Program-made: the position numbers and the translations under genes
Assembly: GCA_963847705.1 (NCBI GenBank)
Contig: CAWKBC010000014.1
Span: 1-64,000 of the forward strand
DNA from: an uncultured Pseudomonadota bacterium
GTDB taxonomy: Bacteria; Myxococcota_A; Polyangia; Fen-1088
Reading direction: 5' to 3'
DNA: 64,000 nt
The notes under the pieces: generated by a model
What the model saw: the letters and a program-made list of their open reading frames with translations, nothing else
Told to the model about the DNA's origin: nothing
The model's database searches: none
In this document: piece by piece, positions 49,104-58,105 of the stretch
Layout: every line of letters begins with the position of its first letter
Position numbering within the stretch: position 1 is the stretch's first letter

Positions 49104-49760
49104 ATGGCGATCGGCATCGGGACGGGCATCTACACTCCGCGCGAGGCATCCCGCCTCACGGGGTTGTCTGTCCGCCGCGTGAGAGGGTGGATTTGTGGGT
49201 ACGAGAGGGGATCCGGTCCTCTGATCAAGAGAGATCCAGACGATGGACCAGCTCTATCGTTTCTTGATCTGATCGAGATTCTCTTCGTTAACTCCTTCCT
49301 CGAACACGGAGTGAAGATGAGTCACATCCGCAAAGCGTCGCAGAAAGCGATGGAGCTGTTCGGAAAACAGCACCCATTCGCTGTGAGCCGTTTCGAGACG
49401 GACGGAAAGAAAATCTTCGCGAGGGTATCTCCTATCGGGTCCCAAAAGAGACACGTTCTAGGGCTCGTAGATGGCCAGTCCGCATTCGATAAGGTCATCT
49501 CGCCATTTTTTAAGCAGATCGATTATCGCGAGTCCGGCGACGCAACCAGATGGTGGCCCCTGGGAAAGAGAGAGCCGATTTTTGTCGATCCGCAGATCGC
49601 TTTCGGCGCGCCCGTCACGAAGACAGCACATGTGCCAGTGTCCGCCATCAACGGCGCTCTTTCTGCCGGGGAGAGCGTCGCCAGGGTTGCTAAGTGGTTC
49701 GAGATTCCGCTGAAGGATGTGAGGGCAGCGGCGGCGCTTGAGCGGCACATGGCCGCTTGA
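49104..49760 (+). CDS. HTH + DUF433 antitoxin (VapB45-like)
   Basis: GIYTP.EA.RL HTH, LSFLDLIE, HPFA..F.TDG, VDP.IAFG.P. Confidence 0.85.
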   Translation: MAIGIGTGIYTPREASRLTGLSVRRVRGWICGYERGSGPLIKRDPDDGPALSFLDLIEILFVNSFLEHGVKMSHIRKASQKAMELFGKQHPFAVSRFETDGKKIFARVSPIGSQKRHVLGLVDGQSAFDKVISPFFKQIDYRESGDATRWWPLGKREPIFVDPQIAFGAPVTKTAHVPVSAINGALSAGESVARVAKWFEIPLKDVRAAAALERHMAA

Positions 49761-50143
49761 AGTTCTTCATAGATAACTGTTTGTCGCCCAAGTACGCGGC
49801 CATCCTGGGCGCACTTGATCACCACGGCGAAGTAACTTCGCTTCGCGCTAACTTTCCGCCGGACACTCCAGACGTAGTCTGGATAAAAGAGCTTGGCGCC
49901 AAGGGCTGGGTACTGATCACAAAAGACCGCTCGCAGATGAGCAACCCCCCGGAGCGCGCGGCCCTCAAGTCAGCGGGTGTAATCGCGTTCTTTCTTGCTC
50001 ATGCGTTCGATCATTTTCTCTTAGACGATCAGGCGTGGAGAGTGCTGCGGTTTTGGCCTGCCATCGCGGCCCGAGCAAAGAAAGCAAAGAAGGGAGACTG
50101 CTACGTCGTCCGGATACAGGGGAGGATCGACCCCCTCTCGTAG
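49757..50143 (+). CDS. PIN-like toxin (VapC45-like)
   Basis: MKFFIDNCLSP, D..WI...G..GWV.ITKD, ER.AL; TTGA overlap with the antitoxin. Confidence 0.85.
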   Translation: MKFFIDNCLSPKYAAILGALDHHGEVTSLRANFPPDTPDVVWIKELGAKGWVLITKDRSQMSNPPERAALKSAGVIAFFLAHAFDHFLLDDQAWRVLRFWPAIAARAKKAKKGDCYVVRIQGRIDPLS

Positions 50144-50372
50144 ATGCCGCCGATACTCCGTCTCCCTGTAGGTCCCCCGGCTGCCTGCTTTTGAGCGGTC
50201 TGAGCGAATGATCCCGTCCAAGCTCCCAAAACTAGGCGGCGCGTGCGCAGCGCCGGTGGCGGCGCGGGAAGAACCTTTCGCACTTCTCTCCAACGAGCCG
50301 ACGCGAGCGCCATCGGCGGTGCGGCTCTTCAGGTGGCGCCCACGCGGCACATGCCTTGCTGCGGTGGCGGGC

Positions 50373-51143
50373 ATGCGTTTCGTGGAGCTCGAAGAGGCGC
50401 GCCAGGCCTCCGGCCTGCGCCTGGTGATCGCGACCAACGTCCCCAGCCCCTGGTCGCAGGCCGCGCTGGGCCTCTTCGACATGAAGGGGCTCGACGGCCT
50501 GGTGGTGCGCTTCCGGCGCAGCGACGAGGAGATCAAGCGCTGGACCGGCACCCGGAACGCGCCCGCCGCGCTGTTCGACGACGAACCGCCACGCACCGGC
50601 TGGGCAGAGATCGTCGCCCTCGGCGAGCGGCTCGGGGGGCGAATGTCGCTGGTCCCCGAGGATGAGGAACGCCGGGTGAGAATGTTCGGCCTCTCGCACG
50701 AGCTCCTCGGCGAGGGGGGCCTCGCCTGGAACGTGCGGCTCTTGCTCACGCACACCGGCCTCACGACCGACGGGCGCGCCGGGTGGCCGAAGCCGGTGGC
50801 GGAGTACCTGGCGCCACGCTACGGCTACGCGCCCGACCGCGTTCCCTCGGCACGGGCGCGCGCCATCGGGACGCTGCGCCTCCTCGACGCCGTGCTGACC
50901 GAGAGCCGGAGTCGCGGACATGCCTACTTCCTCGGACCGACCCCGACGGCGCTCGACCTGCACGCCGCGGTCACGCTGGGCGTCATCTGGCCACTGCCGG
51001 AGGCGCAATGCCCGATGCTGCCGCCCGTTCGCAACGCGTTCGAGACGCTCGATCAGGAAGTGAAGGAGGCGGTGTCACCCGCGCTGCTCGAACACCGCGC
51101 GCAGATGTTCAGCCGGCACCTGGTCGTTCCGGTCCGGTCATGA
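50373..51143 (+). CDS. Glutathione S-transferase-like protein
   Basis: PSPWS.A, N.P..., YFLG..PTALD pattern. Confidence 0.65.
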   Translation: MRFVELEEARQASGLRLVIATNVPSPWSQAALGLFDMKGLDGLVVRFRRSDEEIKRWTGTRNAPAALFDDEPPRTGWAEIVALGERLGGRMSLVPEDEERRVRMFGLSHELLGEGGLAWNVRLLLTHTGLTTDGRAGWPKPVAEYLAPRYGYAPDRVPSARARAIGTLRLLDAVLTESRSRGHAYFLGPTPTALDLHAAVTLGVIWPLPEAQCPMLPPVRNAFETLDQEVKEAVSPALLEHRAQMFSRHLVVPVRS

Positions 51144-52074
51144 CCCCGGGGGAAGTCGCCCCTGCGACCACCGGCCCTGCGCTGGCCGACCTGACCAGCA
51201 CGGCGGCGACCTCGGCGTCGGTGGAACCGGGATGGCCGGTGACGACGCGGCGAGCAGAGGCCGGCGGCGCGAAGGCCGCGAGCCGCTCGGCGCGCTCGCC
51301 GAGGCCGGGCAGGTAACCGGGCTCGACGCCGACCGCGTCGTTGTCGATCACCACGACGGCGGCAGCGGCGAGAGATTTCAGACGGTCATCCCCCACCGGC
51401 AGCTCCAGCGTCGCCAGCAGCGACAGCCGCCCGGGATCCCAGGCGACGCCGAGAGCCCCGTCGAAGGTCTCACGCAGAGTGTCGGCCTCGCGTGGGCTGA
51501 CCGACTGCCAGGGGGTGACGCCGACTTGAACCGCCAGGCGCAGCCCAGCGCGGTCGGCGGCGCGGAGCAGCCGTTCGACCGCCCACCGGCAGGCGTCCAG
51601 AATCTCGGGTGCCAGCGCGCGGCGTTCGCCCAGCGCATTCGACAGCAGCACCCCGCCCGGATCGTCCGGCCCGATCGCGCGGCGAGCGAACGCCAGCGCG
51701 AACGCCGCGGCATCGGCGGTCAGCGCCACGGGGCCGAAGTCGACGACGGCGAGCTGCACGCCGAACGAACCGGCTGCCGCGAGGCCATGCGCTGCCAGGG
51801 AGATGGCCGCTTCTCGCTCGTCCCGGGCCGGCGCGGCGAGGCGCGGCAGGCGGCGCCCCGCGGGGAGAGCCCGCTCCGCGAGCGGCAGCGCGACGGTCGG
51901 GAGCTCCAGACCGAGGCGGAGGGCGGAGGCGACGAGCGGCGCTCCCGTCAGGATTTCCAGATCGCACCCGCCCCCGAGGTGGATCCCCACGGCGCCCGTC
52001 TCGGCGGCGAGCCGCGTGATCCGCTCGCCGCCGTCGGCGCGCGGCGGGCGGAGGTCCGTCGCCAAAAAAGCCAT
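51109..52074 (-). CDS. Degenerate xylose-isomerase-like TIM barrel protein
   Basis: LA....DER.AA, GLRLAVQ, AWDPG, LPG.G resemble the AP_endonuc_2 fold, with metal ligands lost. Confidence 0.55.
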   Translation of the reverse strand: MAFLATDLRPPRADGGERITRLAAETGAVGIHLGGGCDLEILTGAPLVASALRLGLELPTVALPLAERALPAGRRLPRLAAPARDEREAAISLAAHGLAAAGSFGVQLAVVDFGPVALTADAAAFALAFARRAIGPDDPGGVLLSNALGERRALAPEILDACRWAVERLLRAADRAGLRLAVQVGVTPWQSVSPREADTLRETFDGALGVAWDPGRLSLLATLELPVGDDRLKSLAAAAVVVIDNDAVGVEPGYLPGLGERAERLAAFAPPASARRVVTGHPGSTDAEVAAVLVRSASAGPVVAGATSPGVMTGPERPGAG

Positions 52075-52195
52075 GCGTCGACGCAGGATAGCGCTTTGAT
52101 TCGGATCTCGACGCTGTTATAAAGGTCCTTCTCTTTTTTCGATGACAAGCTCGGTGGAGCCGGACGTTCGGGCTCCTGTTCTACCGGAGGTGTTC

Positions 52196-54169
52196 ATGCT
52201 CGCTCGCCCACGCCGGGGTCTGATCCAGGCGGCCGTCATCGCAGCGGCTGTGACCGGCTTCGTCGCGTCCGCCCACGCCCAGCTGCAGGTCGCGCCGGTC
52301 GATCTCGAGATCTTCCGCCCGGCGATGGACTCCAAGGGGTTCATCACCATCAACTCCTCGGGCGTTCTCGGGCAGGGAGATCTCTCCTTCGGTCTCGTCA
52401 CGTCGTACGCGCGCAAGCCGCTGGTGCTGAACGGGATGACCGGCACCCAGGCGACCCAGTTCGCCGTGAACACCCTGGTGGTGCCGTCGCTGCAGGCAGC
52501 GGTCGGCTTCACGCACCTGCCACACCTCGGGTTCGAGCTCGGGGTGGTCCTGCCGCTGGCCATCGTGTCGGGTCAGAGCACGCCCAGCGATCAGACCGCG
52601 ATGGGGACCAAGGACTGGACCTTCACCGCGCAGGGGATCGGCGACCTCCAGGTCCATCCCAAGATCCGGCTGATGAACGCCACCCGCAACGGGGTGGGGT
52701 TGGCGATCATCCCGTCGGTGATCCTGCCGACCGGCGACAAGAAGTCCTTCTTCGGTGAAGGGCAGACAATCTTCCAGCCGACCGCGGTCATCGACACCGA
52801 GCTCGGCTACCTCGGGCGCTTCCGGGCGGCGATCAACGGCGGGATGCGAATCCGGCCGCACGAGGCCGTGTTCACGGACGACGCGAATGCGTTCACGAAC
52901 ACGGGAGATCCCAACGCGTCGATGGTCCCGATGCTCACCGGGATGACCACCACCACCAACGCCGGGATCCGCATCGGCAACGAGTTCATCGGCGGCCTCG
53001 GCCTCTCCTACGGCATCGTGCCGCAGAAGTTCGACGTCGTGGGCGAGGTCTACGGCAACTACGGCACCAGCTCGTACAAGGTCGCGCCCGACGGGACGAC
53101 CAGCAAGATGGGCCTGTCGGCCGAGGCGATCGCCGGCATCAAGCTCTATCTGGCGCGCAACTCGTTCTTCGAGCTGGGCGGCGGCTACAAGGTGGCCGAC
53201 GGCTACGGCGGCGGTGCGCCCCGGGCCTTCGTCGGCTTCATCTTCGAGCCGTCGATCGGCGACCGCGACGGCGACGGCTACAAGGACGACGTCGACCAGT
53301 GCCCCGACGATCCCGAGGACTTCGACGACTTCGAGGACGCCGACGGCTGCCCCGATCCCGACAACGACAAGGACGGCATCCCCGACGTCGACGACAAGTG
53401 CCCGAACGATCCGGAGACCAAGAACGGCTACCAGGACGCCGACGGCTGCCCGGACAACACCACGTTCGATCGCGACGGCGACGGCATCCCCGACGACATC
53501 GACAAGTGCCCCGACGATCCCGAGGACAAGGACAACTTCGAGGACGCCGACGGCTGCCCGGATCCCGACAACGACAAGGACGGCATCCCCGACAAGAACG
53601 ATCTTTGTCCCAACGATCCGGAGGACAAGGACGGCTTCGAGGACCAGGACGGCTGCCCGGATCCTGACAACGATCACGACCGCATCCTCGACAAGGATGA
53701 CAAGTGTCCGAACGAGCCGGAGACCTACAACGGCTACCAGGACGCCGACGGCTGCCCCGACAAGGGGAAGGTCATCGTCCACAAGGGCAAGCTGGAGATC
53801 CTGGACAAGATCTACTTCGAGACCGACAAGGACGAGATCAAGCCGGTGTCGTTCCCGCTGCTCGACGCCATCGCGGCGACGATCAACGGCAACCCGCAGA
53901 TCGACCTGATCGAAATTCAGGGGCACGCCGACGAGCGCGGCGACGACGCGCACAACCTCGATCTGACCGAGCGGCGCGCCCACTCGGTGCGGGTGGCCCT
54001 CGAGCAACGCAACGTCTTGCCCAGTCGCCTCAAGAGCCACGGCTACGGCGAGACCAAGCCGATCTGCATGCAGCACAACGAAGACTGCTGGAGCCAGAAT
54101 CGCCGCGTCGAGTTCATCATCCTCAAGCGCTCCGACGAAGCGAAGCTCCAGGGCGGCGAAGGCCAGTAG
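52196..54169 (+). CDS. OmpA-family outer-membrane protein with beta-barrel, thrombospondin type 3 repeats and PG-binding domain (TraB-like architecture)
   Basis: GGAGG RBS, signal peptide, D.D.DG..D..D.CP repeats, IQGHAD.RG...N.DL..RRA, NRRVEF. Confidence 0.92.
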   Translation: MLARPRRGLIQAAVIAAAVTGFVASAHAQLQVAPVDLEIFRPAMDSKGFITINSSGVLGQGDLSFGLVTSYARKPLVLNGMTGTQATQFAVNTLVVPSLQAAVGFTHLPHLGFELGVVLPLAIVSGQSTPSDQTAMGTKDWTFTAQGIGDLQVHPKIRLMNATRNGVGLAIIPSVILPTGDKKSFFGEGQTIFQPTAVIDTELGYLGRFRAAINGGMRIRPHEAVFTDDANAFTNTGDPNASMVPMLTGMTTTTNAGIRIGNEFIGGLGLSYGIVPQKFDVVGEVYGNYGTSSYKVAPDGTTSKMGLSAEAIAGIKLYLARNSFFELGGGYKVADGYGGGAPRAFVGFIFEPSIGDRDGDGYKDDVDQCPDDPEDFDDFEDADGCPDPDNDKDGIPDVDDKCPNDPETKNGYQDADGCPDNTTFDRDGDGIPDDIDKCPDDPEDKDNFEDADGCPDPDNDKDGIPDKNDLCPNDPEDKDGFEDQDGCPDPDNDHDRILDKDDKCPNEPETYNGYQDADGCPDKGKVIVHKGKLEILDKIYFETDKDEIKPVSFPLLDAIAATINGNPQIDLIEIQGHADERGDDAHNLDLTERRAHSVRVALEQRNVLPSRLKSHGYGETKPICMQHNEDCWSQNRRVEFIILKRSDEAKLQGGEGQ

Positions 54170-54254
54170 CCCGAAGGCCAGCAGCCCGAAGGCCAGTCGC
54201 CCGAAGGCCAGCAGATCGAAGGCCAGTCGCCCGAAGGCCAGTCGCCCGAAGGCC
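54157..54254. repeat. 15-bp tandem repeat (CGAAGGCCAG(T/C)(A/C)GCC, about 6.5 copies) beginning at the ompA-like stop codon
   Basis: Read directly; followed by hairpin TTTCAGGGA...TCCCTGAAA (54258-54286). Confidence 0.9.
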
Positions 54255-54312
54255 GCCTTTCAGGGATTCCCCGGGGGTCCCTGAAACGGCGATCCCGTGA
54301 TAATTTCAGGCC

Positions 54313-55218
54313 GTGCCCAGCGCGTCTGATCTGGTCGTGGGCCTTGGCCAAGTCACCGTCGAGATGCTCGGCGTGGGGCCGCGGACGCCCGAGCCGGTCG
54401 TCGAGCTCGCCACCTTCAGCATCCAGACCGGGGGCGCGGTCGGGACCACGCTGGCGACCGTGGCGGCCTTCGGCGGGCGCGCGCGTTACTTCGGCCGACT
54501 CTCCGACGACGAGTTTGGCTCGATCATCCTCCGCGGTCTGAAGGGCTTCGGGGTCGACGTCTCGCAGGTCCTGATCGAGCCGGGCAAGGTCTCGCCGGGC
54601 TCGTTCATCCTGGTGGACGAACGGACGGGGCGGCGGCTCACGCGCTTCACGCGCGGCAGCACCACGCCGATCGATCCGGGCGAGCTCCCCCGCAACCTGT
54701 TCGACGACGCGCGCATCCTGCTGGTCGACGGCCGCACCCCCAACACCCAGGTCGCCGCCGCCGAGAAAGCCAGGGCGCTGGGGATCACCGTGCTGCTCGA
54801 TGCGCGCCGCCTGGGCGCCGGGATGGGCGAGCTGCTCGATCTGTCGGACATCGTCATCGGCAACGAACGGTTCGCCGCCGAGTTCTCCCATTCCTCGGAC
54901 ATGAAGCGGAGCCTCCTCGAGCTCACCCAGATGGGGCCGAAGATCGCGGTCATCACGCTGGGAGAAGAAGGGGCCATCGGCCTGGAGAACGAGACGCTGG
55001 TCCGCCAGCCCGCGCTGCCGATCGAGGTCTACGACACCACCGGGGCCAGCGAGGTCTTCCGGGGCGCCTTCATCTACGGGACGCTGCAGGGGTGGCCGCT
55101 CGATCGCTGCCTGCCGTTCGCCAACGCCGCCGCCGCGCTCAACTGCCGCCACCTCGGCGGCACCGGCGGCATCCCCGCCCTCTCCGAAGTCACCCGCGCC
55201 GCGGGATTGTCCGCGTAG
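54313..55218 (+). CDS. PfkB/ribokinase family carbohydrate kinase
   Basis: GG, G.L.DD.FG, ITLGEEGA, DTTGASEVF.GAF, ANAAAAL. The usual GAGD reads GASE. Confidence 0.85.
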   Translation: MPSASDLVVGLGQVTVEMLGVGPRTPEPVVELATFSIQTGGAVGTTLATVAAFGGRARYFGRLSDDEFGSIILRGLKGFGVDVSQVLIEPGKVSPGSFILVDERTGRRLTRFTRGSTTPIDPGELPRNLFDDARILLVDGRTPNTQVAAAEKARALGITVLLDARRLGAGMGELLDLSDIVIGNERFAAEFSHSSDMKRSLLELTQMGPKIAVITLGEEGAIGLENETLVRQPALPIEVYDTTGASEVFRGAFIYGTLQGWPLDRCLPFANAAAALNCRHLGGTGGIPALSEVTRAAGLSA

Positions 55219-55232
55219 CGCCGTTCGGCTCG

Positions 55233-55365
55233 GCTCCGCTCGGCACTTCCGGCGAGGGCGGCGGGGGCCGGGTGTCTCCCTGCCGTCCGCGAAAAGGAAT
55301 CCTCGGCCGCGAACGATCAGAGCGGCCTGCGGGCTCCCGGCAGGGAGACACCCGGCCCCCGCCGC
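55233..55365 (+). repeat. About 130-bp hairpin element, copy A
   Basis: 28-bp perfect inverted arms enclosing a conserved loop region. Confidence 0.85.
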
Positions 55366-55500
55366 TCTCTTGGGCGAGCCTCGACTCCGCTGCGCCGGCC
55401 CCGTGCCCGATCCGCTTACGGCAGAAGGCCTCCATGATTAGGTCACCGCCTCTTCCGTGGACAGGTCATGCTTAGCGGAGCCAAGGCACAACGCGCGAAG

Positions 55501-55634
55501 GCGGCGGGGGCCGGGATATCTCTCCGCCGGGAGCTCGCAGGCCGCTCTGATCGTTTGCGGCCGAGGATTCCTTCTCGCGGACGGCGGAGAGATATCCCGG
55601 CCCCCGCCGTCCCTCGCCAGAAGCCGAGCGGAGC
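55501..55634 (-). repeat. About 130-bp hairpin element, copy B (inverted relative to A)
   Basis: Reverse complement matches copy A, with compensatory changes in the arms. Confidence 0.85.
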
Positions 55635-55645
55635 GGGAGCGGCCG

Positions 55646-58075
55646 CTACTTGGGACCGCCGGACTTGGGCTCGGCGCCGAGGTGGCCGGGGGGGCCGGCG
55701 GCGGCGTAGAAGGGCTCGGCGACGTTGGCGGCGGTGCCCCACTTGGCCTTCGACCAGGTGGTCTCGTAGCCGTGCAGGAGGCCGAGGACGCCCCGCATCC
55801 CGCGCAGCGCGATCGGGTGATCGGCGGCGATGTCCTTCTGCTCGCGCGGATCGGTGAACTCGTCGTAGAGCTCCATCCGTCCGGGGCCCTTGTGCACCAG
55901 CCGGTAGCGATCGACCTTGAGGCCGCGCGCGACCTGACCGTCGACGGTGAGCGCGGCGCGCGGCGAGACGCCGACCTCGTCGAACACCAGCGGCACCAGC
56001 GTCGTCCCCTGCATCTTGGGGTCGGGCTTGGCGCCTGCCAGGTCCATCAACGTCGGCGCCATGTCCATCATCTCGACGTCGGCGTTGACCACGCCGCCCT
56101 TCGGCAGGAGTCCCGGCGCGCGGATGATCATCGGGACGTGCGTCAGCTCTTGATACACGGTGTCGCCGTGACCGACGCTGCCGTGCTCGTAGAACTGGTC
56201 GCCGTGGTCGGACACCACGATGACCACGGACCTTTCGTAGATCCCCATCTTCTTGAGGTCGGCGATGAAGCCGGCGAAGAGCGCGTCGCTGCCAGTGATC
56301 TCGGCGTCGTGCAGCGCCTCGAGGTATGCCTTGTCGTTGTCGTTGATCTTGAGCTTGCCGACCTTGATGAGGCCGAGCTGCACGCCGGTCTGCACCGGCT
56401 TCAGCGGCCCCGTGTAGGGCTTGTTCCAGTACTTGACCAGGAACTCCTTCTTCGGCGTGTAGGCGACGTGGGGCTCGATGGTGGCGAGGTAGACGAACTG
56501 CTTCTTGTTGAGCAGCGGCGTGATCCACGCCTTGGCCGTCTTCCAGAGGTAGTCGGCGCTGTTGGGGAGCGACTCCCGGATGAAGTTGCGGTCGACGTCC
56601 CAGCCGCGATCGAACCCCCATTTCGCCGAGATGTAGCCGTTCGAGGAGAACATCCCCGTCTTGTAGCCGTCGTGCTTCAGCTCCTCGGCCACGAAGGGGA
56701 CGGTGGGCGAGAGCTTCGACTCGTGCGCGGTCGCCTTGTGAACCGTGGGATAGACGCCGGTCAAGAGCGACGCGTGCGACGGCAGCGACCAGGTCCCCTG
56801 CACCGTCGCCCAGGCGAAGCGGGTGGCGTCGGCGGCGAAGGCGTCGTAGTTCGGCGTCAGCACGCGCGTCTTTTCGTTGTAGCCGTGCATCTTGTCGGCG
56901 CGGAAGGTGTCGACCATCCAGACGTAGATGTGATCGAACCGGGGCTGCGGCGTCGGCGGCGAGACGTGCGGAGGCGCCTTCACCACCACCCGCGGCTCAG
57001 CCCACGCCACCGCGCCACCCCGCGCGACGAAGTCGATGCGCGCGGCGTGCCCGGCGGCCTCGCCGCAGTCGAGAAGCAGATCGGTCCAGCGTGCCGCGGC
57101 GGGCCCTTCGTGCAGCGTCCGCGTCGGCTGCCCGTCGACGGCGACGCGAACCAGCGCCGTCCCACCTGCGTTGCCCTCGCTGCCGTAGCCGACCGCCAGG
57201 TGCGCGCCGGGGGGGAGCTGAACGTAGTAGGAGATCCGCGACCCGTGCCCGCCTGCGAACAGCGCCCGCCGGGCCACGCCCCCCACGGTCACGTCGCGCG
57301 CTTCCGCAATCCCGAGATCGGCCGGCACCGCCCCCAGCGCCGTCGGCCCGAGCGCGATCTGCTGGATCGCCGCGGCCGACCGCTTGCCGCCCGCGAGGTT
57401 CGCCGCGCTCTTGAAGGTCAACCGCACCCGGTTGTCGCCGTTGTGAAGGAGCTCCGGCGGCACGACCACGTCGTAGCGCTTCCTGGCGGCGCCGACGTCG
57501 AGCGTCCCCACCGGCTTCTCGTTGACGAAGATCGACACCTTCTGCGCCGGCGCCAGCGCCCGCATGGTCAGCGACAGCGTGCTGGCGCCCGGGGCCGCGC
57601 CGCCCGCCCCGTCTCCGTCGGCGTCGACGGGGAGAAAGGCCATCGCCGAGACGCCGTTGATGAGCGACGCCGGCTTCCCCTCGTCCTTCTCGCCGAGCAG
57701 CCACGAGGTCTTCCAGCCGCCGTCGACGTACTTGAGAAAATCGAGCGCCCCGGCGTCGACGACCAGGCGGCCGTCGCGGTGCGAGACCGCATGCACCCGG
57801 TTGGCGATGAAATCGAAGGCGGTCCGGGTGCCGGCCCCATCGACTGCGGCCGGGGCGGGCGGCGGCGCGGGGGCGGCCACTGCCGCGGCGGGAGCGTCGA
57901 GCCCCTTGCCGGCATCAGGTGGGTGACCGCAGCTTGCGATCAGAAAGGCGACCGTCGGCAGGACCCGCGCGCCGCGGAGCCGTCCGACAGAGCCAGAACC
58001 AGTCACCAAACTTCGAACGGGCACCTTGCAAGGCAAGTATCGCGGACCCCCACAAACGTCAAGGAATCTCGCCAC
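55646..58075 (-). CDS. Sulfatase-family (alkaline phosphatase superfamily) lipoprotein; start uncertain
   Basis: Lipobox-like LIASC, VDTFRAD, TPN.D, WSLPSHASLLTG, EPH, VSDHG, HG..VY.E..HVP. Confidence 0.85.
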   Translation of the reverse strand: MARFLDVCGGPRYLPCKVPVRSLVTGSGSVGRLRGARVLPTVAFLIASCGHPPDAGKGLDAPAAAVAAPAPPPAPAAVDGAGTRTAFDFIANRVHAVSHRDGRLVVDAGALDFLKYVDGGWKTSWLLGEKDEGKPASLINGVSAMAFLPVDADGDGAGGAAPGASTLSLTMRALAPAQKVSIFVNEKPVGTLDVGAARKRYDVVVPPELLHNGDNRVRLTFKSAANLAGGKRSAAAIQQIALGPTALGAVPADLGIAEARDVTVGGVARRALFAGGHGSRISYYVQLPPGAHLAVGYGSEGNAGGTALVRVAVDGQPTRTLHEGPAAARWTDLLLDCGEAAGHAARIDFVARGGAVAWAEPRVVVKAPPHVSPPTPQPRFDHIYVWMVDTFRADKMHGYNEKTRVLTPNYDAFAADATRFAWATVQGTWSLPSHASLLTGVYPTVHKATAHESKLSPTVPFVAEELKHDGYKTGMFSSNGYISAKWGFDRGWDVDRNFIRESLPNSADYLWKTAKAWITPLLNKKQFVYLATIEPHVAYTPKKEFLVKYWNKPYTGPLKPVQTGVQLGLIKVGKLKINDNDKAYLEALHDAEITGSDALFAGFIADLKKMGIYERSVVIVVSDHGDQFYEHGSVGHGDTVYQELTHVPMIIRAPGLLPKGGVVNADVEMMDMAPTLMDLAGAKPDPKMQGTTLVPLVFDEVGVSPRAALTVDGQVARGLKVDRYRLVHKGPGRMELYDEFTDPREQKDIAADHPIALRGMRGVLGLLHGYETTWSKAKWGTAANVAEPFYAAAGPPGHLGAEPKSGGPK

Positions 58076-58105
58076 ATCGCCGCGCTCGGCGCGATCGCCG
58101 CCTGG

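Noticed and set aside
53260-53765. DNA-level repeats in the OmpA gene
   Set aside because: Explained by thrombospondin type 3 protein repeats.
54167-54541. Programmed amber read-through of the ompA-like gene into in-frame PEGQ repeats
   Set aside because: The frame would run to 54541, through a hairpin and deep into pfkB, with non-coding-like sequence; no supporting signal.
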